Assembly (NCBI GenBank): GCA_043753995.1
Contig: JAYUVP010000165.1
Span: 1 to 12,045 of the forward strand
Source: Fibrobacterota bacterium
GTDB lineage: Bacteria; Fibrobacterota; Fibrobacteria; UBA11236
DNA: 12,045 nucleotides
Direction: 5' to 3'
The translations under genes were made by a program, and so were the position numbers. This document shows positions 7,387-12,045 of the stretch, in pieces (the first letter of the stretch is position 1; each line of letters begins with the position of its first letter). The notes under the pieces are model-generated. The model was not told the DNA's origin. It did no database searches and was given only the letters and a program-made list of their open reading frames with translations.

Positions 7387-8589
7387 ATGCGCGGTTTTGT
7401 GACCCAGGCCAGTATCGGCGTAAGTATCGTAATGATAGTGAGTTGTGGCCGGATTATTGCCCCAGGAGACGGTCCAAGTGTCAACCGGCCCGACAGGCGG
7501 CTCTATGCCAATGACGCCGCATTAAATGACAGTTTGACGCCAGCCTTGGTGCAATCCGGTGTCCGCTTTGTTTTACAGCCTGCCAAGAATTATGCGCTGA
7601 CCTTTTTAGCCAATGAGAAAAACGATCAACTTGCGGTTTTCTATTACGACGATGGCGGTAATTTACGGAAATACCAGAATTATGGCGTCACGATTCAAGG
7701 CACTCAGGAAATTTTTTACCTGAAATCCGACCTAAGCAAGCCACGTTTTTTCGTGGCTCAGCTATTGCCGCCCGACGGTGAACTCGCCGCTCAGAGACTG
7801 CAATCGGTGAAGTTGGTTTCATTGGGTACAGCCAGCCCAAACTCTCTGAAAATCAAACTGATCTTTGTGGGTAAGCTACAAGGTATGGCTACAGATGTGG
7901 CTAAAACCAATTTTGCGAATTCTTTTTTCAAAGAAATCGATGCCATTTTTTCACCGCATGGGCTGAGCGTAGAAGGACTTCAGGAAATCGTCGATCCCCA
8001 GGGTCCAACGCGTGTCGTTCCTTTTTCCAGCCGATTCACTCCGCTGGACGGCACGCGCAGCCCAGGCTATGTGCATTTCTATTTAGTCGACAGCATTGCC
8101 CCGCCGCCCAATTCCGATCCCGGTGGGTATATCCTAGGCTTTTCCCCGCGAGAAGCCATGGATTTGAGTTCTCAGCCTGAAAGTCGAGTGGTTTTAGGCA
8201 ATCGCTATATCAATATTTCCAGTCTAGCGACCACAGCGGCTCATGAACTTGGCCATTTTTTCGGGCTACGGCATCCCACGGCAACCGATATCGACATGGA
8301 TTTCGATAAGGACTTTTCCAACTACGACGATGGATTGGCATCGACGTCGCTTTGCGATGGGCTAGCGAAAAAAGGGCGCGGCCAGGGGTCTTCCCTCAAC
8401 AAAGTGAAAATTCAAGGACCAGGCGGCTTGTCTTATTGCTTGCGCATCGCATCGACGACATGTCCAACTTTTTGCGATCTCGATAATCTGATGTTCGCTT
8501 ATGATTGTTCCAATCGGTCCAATTCCCAGCGCCAATTAACCCAGGATCAAATTTCGCTTTGGAAAAAAAACCTGGGCGTGATGCAGTAA
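7387..8589 (+). CDS. Predicted lipoprotein zinc metalloprotease, metzincin clan (M43/pappalysin-ulilysin-like)
   Basis: Signal MRGFVTQASIGVSIVMIVSC with lipobox-like IVSC. ILGFSP strand, zinc motif HELGHFFGLRH (8242-8274), Met-turn DNLMF (Met at 8491), C-terminal LTQDQI helix resembling M43 'FTxGQ'. Alternative start 7366. Confidence 0.82.
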   Translation: MRGFVTQASIGVSIVMIVSCGRIIAPGDGPSVNRPDRRLYANDAALNDSLTPALVQSGVRFVLQPAKNYALTFLANEKNDQLAVFYYDDGGNLRKYQNYGVTIQGTQEIFYLKSDLSKPRFFVAQLLPPDGELAAQRLQSVKLVSLGTASPNSLKIKLIFVGKLQGMATDVAKTNFANSFFKEIDAIFSPHGLSVEGLQEIVDPQGPTRVVPFSSRFTPLDGTRSPGYVHFYLVDSIAPPPNSDPGGYILGFSPREAMDLSSQPESRVVLGNRYINISSLATTAAHELGHFFGLRHPTATDIDMDFDKDFSNYDDGLASTSLCDGLAKKGRGQGSSLNKVKIQGPGGLSYCLRIASTTCPTFCDLDNLMFAYDCSNRSNSQRQLTQDQISLWKKNLGVMQ

Positions 8590-8611
8590 GGCAAGACCTT
8601 ACCGGGCCGAT

Positions 8612-9040
8612 TCAATCCAAAGCCAGGGGCTGGACCGAACTGACCAGGTCATAAAAGGCCTGCAAGCGCGGGCCTCCGCCGCTATCAGGGCTGAACCATT
8701 TGATCATGATACAGTAATTGGCCCAAAAAGCATGGCAGACCAGCCAGGTTGAGCCATCTGCACCAACGCCCCGACTCACCAGAGTTTGTACGCGATAGGT
8801 ATTGGCGGCCAGTACGGTGCGCACAGCGTGCACTCGCGCATCCTTCAAGTATTCTTCGTGCAAATCGGAGACTTCGGCATCTTCGGCCTTGATGGCCTTA
8901 CGCGCGGCAACCAATTCTATCAGGCAGCTTTCATCGGTCGCCGTCAGTACCGTTTTTTCGGGCGTGTCGACGATGTCCCAATCGCCTTCGGCACCGGGAA
9001 CCTTGAAGCAATACCACGCACATGGCGAAAAGTGAATCAC
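8612..9040 (-). CDS. Hypothetical protein, 142 aa, possibly DUF3805 / PsbP-Mog1p-like fold
   Basis: GTG at 9040 overlaps the ruvX stop (GTGA) and follows AGGAAAAGAAAAC. N-terminal HFSPCAWYCFKVP...DW and C-terminal FYDLVSSVQP recall PsbP-like/DUF3805 proteins; this family call is from memory and tentative. Confidence 0.65.
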   Translation of the reverse strand: MIHFSPCAWYCFKVPGAEGDWDIVDTPEKTVLTATDESCLIELVAARKAIKAEDAEVSDLHEEYLKDARVHAVRTVLAANTYRVQTLVSRGVGADGSTWLVCHAFWANYCIMIKWFSPDSGGGPRLQAFYDLVSSVQPLALD

Positions 9041-9498
9041 GTTTTCTTTTCCTGCCGGTTCAGCCAGTCTTGTAAGATAAAGCATGCTGCCACACGGTCA
9101 ATGGCCGCTTTGTCTTTTTCACGCTGATGCTTCGAAACCGGCCTCATTTTACCATTCGATCGTTGCTTCAGGCTGTCCTGAGCCAGGGATGTTGTGAAGG
9201 CTTCATCTTCGCGATCGACGGGCAAACCAAAACGCGCTTCCAGCGAGACGATGAAGGCATCGACGATTTCGGTTTTGCCGCCAACCACTTGTTTGCCATC
9301 GGTTCTTAGGGGGTAACCCACCACGATTTGCCCGACATCTTCTTCTTCGATAATGCCCGCTAGGACTTTAAGAACGTCAGGATTCTGCCGACGATCCAAG
9401 GTGCTATGGCCGGTGGCGATGAGTCGATGTACGTCGGAAATGGCTATGCCAATGCGTCTCTCGCCGAAATCAAGTCCCATGACCGTCGTTAATTTCAT
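9037..9498 (-). CDS. ruvX: Holliday junction resolvase-like / pre-16S rRNA nuclease YqgF (RuvX)
   Basis: MGLDFGERRIGIAISD, IVVGYPLRTDG, DEAFTT and IDRVAACFILQDWL are the canonical YqgF motifs. Start at 9498 (MKLTTVMGLD) overlaps the upstream gene by 29 nt. Confidence 0.95.
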   Translation of the reverse strand: MKLTTVMGLDFGERRIGIAISDVHRLIATGHSTLDRRQNPDVLKVLAGIIEEEDVGQIVVGYPLRTDGKQVVGGKTEIVDAFIVSLEARFGLPVDREDEAFTTSLAQDSLKQRSNGKMRPVSKHQREKDKAAIDRVAACFILQDWLNRQEKKT

Positions 9499-10684
9499 CG
9501 CGATGCTTGGCCCAGTCCAGTAAAAGCTTTTCGGTGTTGAGTCCCTTGCCTTGCGAAGGGCCGCGAGTTTCAAAGAAAGCAAACTGGCCCTCTTCGATAT
9601 TAAGCATGCCCTCGACCGCCTCGGCATCGGCCAAATCGCCCATGCGGGCGAATAAAATATCGCCGCGGGCCAAATGGACTTCCCCCTTCAAATTAACTGT
9701 TTCGACCTTGAGGTTACCGCTCTTTCGAAGGGCGGCGAGAAAGTGAAGGATTTCCCATAAACCTCCACCGACGAGTTCGCCTCGCATGCCTTCGGTACGA
9801 ACGCCATGTCGAATGGTTTTGGGTGAGCGTCGCAGGGCCGCCCCCAACACTTCGGAAAGGGCCTTGTCATTTCCTCCCAACATCCAGTGAAGACGGACGC
9901 CAAAGCCTTCGGTCAATCGGGGGGGCTTTTCCCCGAGGTAAATCACCGGGGTATTGGTCAGAGCGGCATCCTTTGCAATAGCCGATTCTATCCGGGCGGC
10001 ATCTTTCGACAAGGCCATCAAAATATTGGGCTGGGCATTGCGCACCTTTGCCAGGACATTTTCGGGAGTGCTTACCGTAACTACGGTGTAACCCCATTCC
10101 TTTAAAAGGCTGAGCATGGGGCGAGAGTCTCCGTCCAGGGTTTGCCCAACCTCGGGCCAATCGTGAAGTACGGCAAGTATGCGCTTGCCGCGACGCGATT
10201 GGGCTTCAAACAAGAGTTTTTCTGCGGCTTGTCTTTGTCGGCGCGTTTCCATCCAACGCGCAATTGCCATGGCAATAAGACCACCCATGGCTAATCCGAG
10301 CAAACCGCCGAAAATAACGGGTAAAACCGAAGACCTACTGCCATCTTGGTCGGTCATCTTCCCCGAATTCATCGGAAGCCAACCTGTTTTGCCTTCGGAA
10401 AATTTTATTTGCACCCATTGGCCCTCTTGGCTGAGGACAGCATAGGTTTCTCCTGATCGCGCAAAACCAAGGGTGGCGGCTTGGCGATTCATTCCATTTT
10501 GAACCGGAGTCACAACATTTTGCAAAACGAAAAATTTTTCATTGGCGGCAAGGACGTCTTTGGCTATGCCGAGGTTCAAGACGACAAATAATGTCAAAAC
10601 CATCCAGCTTCTTCGCAAACCCTTAAAATCAACAGGTGTCGAAAAGAAACGGGGACGACCTCGTGCGGGACCGACCATGGCCAT
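9470..10684 (-). CDS. Membrane protein: signal/TM + SH3b + TM + pseudo-receiver + DUF4388 (PatA-N-like)
   Basis: SH3b pattern GETYAVLSQEGQWVQIKFSEGKTGWLP; TM VLPVIFGGLLGLAMGGLIAMAIA followed by a basic stretch; REC-like KRILAV...LKEWGYTVVTV...QPNILMA...TPVIYL; DUF4388 pattern MRGEL...LWEILHFL...KSGNL...GEVHLARGDI...GQFAF...LLLDWAKHRDE. Start 10684 follows SD-like TAAGGTG. Confidence 0.78.
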   Translation of the reverse strand: MAMVGPARGRPRFFSTPVDFKGLRRSWMVLTLFVVLNLGIAKDVLAANEKFFVLQNVVTPVQNGMNRQAATLGFARSGETYAVLSQEGQWVQIKFSEGKTGWLPMNSGKMTDQDGSRSSVLPVIFGGLLGLAMGGLIAMAIARWMETRRQRQAAEKLLFEAQSRRGKRILAVLHDWPEVGQTLDGDSRPMLSLLKEWGYTVVTVSTPENVLAKVRNAQPNILMALSKDAARIESAIAKDAALTNTPVIYLGEKPPRLTEGFGVRLHWMLGGNDKALSEVLGAALRRSPKTIRHGVRTEGMRGELVGGGLWEILHFLAALRKSGNLKVETVNLKGEVHLARGDILFARMGDLADAEAVEGMLNIEEGQFAFFETRGPSQGKGLNTEKLLLDWAKHRDEINDGHGT

Positions 10685-10779
10685 AAGAAACACCTTACGA
10701 TTGTAAAGGCGGCCAGACGAGCCAACTACTAGGAAAGCTCACTAAAGGCGAAAAGAAATGTGATGTTGGAGTAGTATTC

Positions 10780-10821
10780 GAATTATTGGGGTTTTGGGCG
10801 AAAACCCAAACCCCAAAATTC
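10780..10821. other. Imperfect stem-loop downstream of typA
   Basis: gaattattggggttttggg-cgaaaa-cccaaaccccaaaattc, 14 nt after the typA stop. No U tract on either strand. Confidence 0.55.
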
Positions 10822-10835
10822 ACAAAGAAAGTCGC

Positions 10836-12045
10836 CTAGGCACGTTTGCGGGCATTTTCGTCGAGCAAGACCTTGCGAACCCGGAGGCTCTTGGGGGTTA
10901 CTTCGACGCATTCATCGTCATTGATGAATTCCAAACCTTCTTCCAAGGAAAGCTGGCGATGTGGGGTCAATACCGTAGCCTCATCGGAAGATGTGGTGCG
11001 CATATTGGTCAATTGCTTGCCTTTGATGACGTTAATCACCAAGTCATCTGCGCGCGAATGTTCGCCTACGACCATGCCAGGATAAACGTCGGTGCCGGCA
11101 CCGATAAACATGACGCCACGTTCTTCCAATTTCCAGAGGGCATAGGCCACCGACTGGCCTCTTTCCTTGGAAATGAGAGCACCGGTTTGTCTTTGGCCGA
11201 TTTCGCCCTTGACGGGCTCATAGCCGCGAAACATTTGCTGAAAAACCGCATAGCCCTTAGAGAGCGAGAGCAAACGCGAACGAAGGCCAATGAGGCCACG
11301 CGAAGGGATGGCATATTCCACGCGCACTTGATTGCCTTCAAGCTGCATGTCGAGCATTTCACCCTTACGCTTATTGATTTCGTCAATGACCATGCCGCTA
11401 TGCTCTTGTGGCACATCAATGGTGATGGTTTCGACGGGCTCAAAGGTGACTCCGCCTTCTTCGCGGGTAATGACGCGGGGACGACCCACGGTCAATTCAT
11501 AGCCTTCACGACGCATTTTTTCGATGAGTACCGACAAATGCAAAACGCCGCGACCGGCCACGCGGTAGGAGCCCGATTCTTCGGCCTTTTCTACGCGCAA
11601 GGCCACGTCAGAAAGGGCTTCGCGATCGAGACGCTCAGCCAAGTGATTGCTAGTCAAGAACCGTCCACCGTCCTGGCCGCACATGGGCGAATCATTGACC
11701 CAAAAACGCATGGCAATGGTGGGTGGGTCGACCTTGAGACGAGGCAAGGCAACCGGCGTTTCTTCCCCGGACAAGGTATCGCCCAGAGTGAAATCGGGAA
11801 TACCGCAAAGGGCGATAATTTGGCCGGCAAAAGCCTCGGGTACTTCTTTGAGCTTCACACCTTCGGGATACAGAATTTTGGTGATACGCACCTTTTTCTG
11901 GCCGCCATAGGAGTCAAGATGGGTCAAGGTTTGGTTGGGCTTGATAGAACCCTGGCGCAATCGTCCCACGGCCATGCGTCCCAAGAACTCGGCATAGTCG
12001 AGACTGGTGATTTGCATGATGGGATTGGTGGAAACGCCCACGGTG
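10836..12045 (-). CDS. typA: Translational GTPase TypA/BipA, C-terminal ~400 aa (5' end outside window)
   Basis: QITSLDY..GR, VNDSPMCGQDG, VAGRGVLHLSVLIEKMRREGYEL, IPSRGLIG, YPGMVVGEHSRADDL, KQLTNMR, LEFINDDECVEVTPKSLRVRK. The frame stays open to the window edge. Confidence 0.98.
   Translation of the reverse strand, partial: TVGVSTNPIMQITSLDYAEFLGRMAVGRLRQGSIKPNQTLTHLDSYGGQKKVRITKILYPEGVKLKEVPEAFAGQIIALCGIPDFTLGDTLSGEETPVALPRLKVDPPTIAMRFWVNDSPMCGQDGGRFLTSNHLAERLDREALSDVALRVEKAEESGSYRVAGRGVLHLSVLIEKMRREGYELTVGRPRVITREEGGVTFEPVETITIDVPQEHSGMVIDEINKRKGEMLDMQLEGNQVRVEYAIPSRGLIGLRSRLLSLSKGYAVFQQMFRGYEPVKGEIGQRQTGALISKERGQSVAYALWKLEERGVMFIGAGTDVYPGMVVGEHSRADDLVINVIKGKQLTNMRTTSSDEATVLTPHRQLSLEEGLEFINDDECVEVTPKSLRVRKVLLDENARKRA

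Noticed and set aside
7312..8589. Somewhat lower GC in parts of the protease gene as evidence of horizontal transfer
   Set aside because: The shift is modest and patchy by eye, with no flanking repeats, integrase, transposase or tRNA.
8586..8602. gtaagg-caaga-ccttac hairpin between convergent genes as a bidirectional terminator
   Set aside because: Only 6 bp, overlaps the stop codon, and has no U tract on either side.
10700..10705. TACAAT (-10-like) on the minus strand upstream of the SH3b gene
   Set aside because: No -35 at 16-18 nt spacing, and the implied start site would cut into the predicted SD.
10756..10777. AAATGTGA resembling a CRP site
   Set aside because: Only the left half matches; there is no TCACA half-site at the required spacing.
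1..12045. CRISPR array, tandem repeat array, IS element, tRNA/rRNA, defence or toxin-antitoxin genes
   Set aside because: None seen. Intergenic gaps are all under about 200 bp and no repeated units were apparent on reading.

Overview
Gene-dense bacterial chromosomal window, roughly mid-50s %GC by eye, with no recognisable mobile element, CRISPR array, rRNA or tRNA. Left to right: the 5' part of an AI-2E family transporter (-, runs off the left edge; missing from the ORF track); a YbiB/TrpD2-like protein translationally coupled to argA (+); a 174-aa hypothetical directly behind comEC/rec2 (-); an HU-family protein with a Lys/Ala tail and a clean intrinsic terminator (-); a divergent pair of predicted lipoproteins (small SmpA/BamE-like, -; metzincin M43-like zinc protease, +); then a minus-strand string of typA/bipA (3' part), a membrane protein, ruvX/yqgF and a PsbP/DUF3805-like hypothetical. 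Most of this is housekeeping. The best candidate for something undescribed is the membrane protein at 9470..10684. It appears to join an extracytoplasmic SH3b domain, one TM helix, an Asp-less pseudo-receiver and a DUF4388/PatA-N domain, and it overlaps ruvX. All family calls come from motif recognition by eye; no searches were run.
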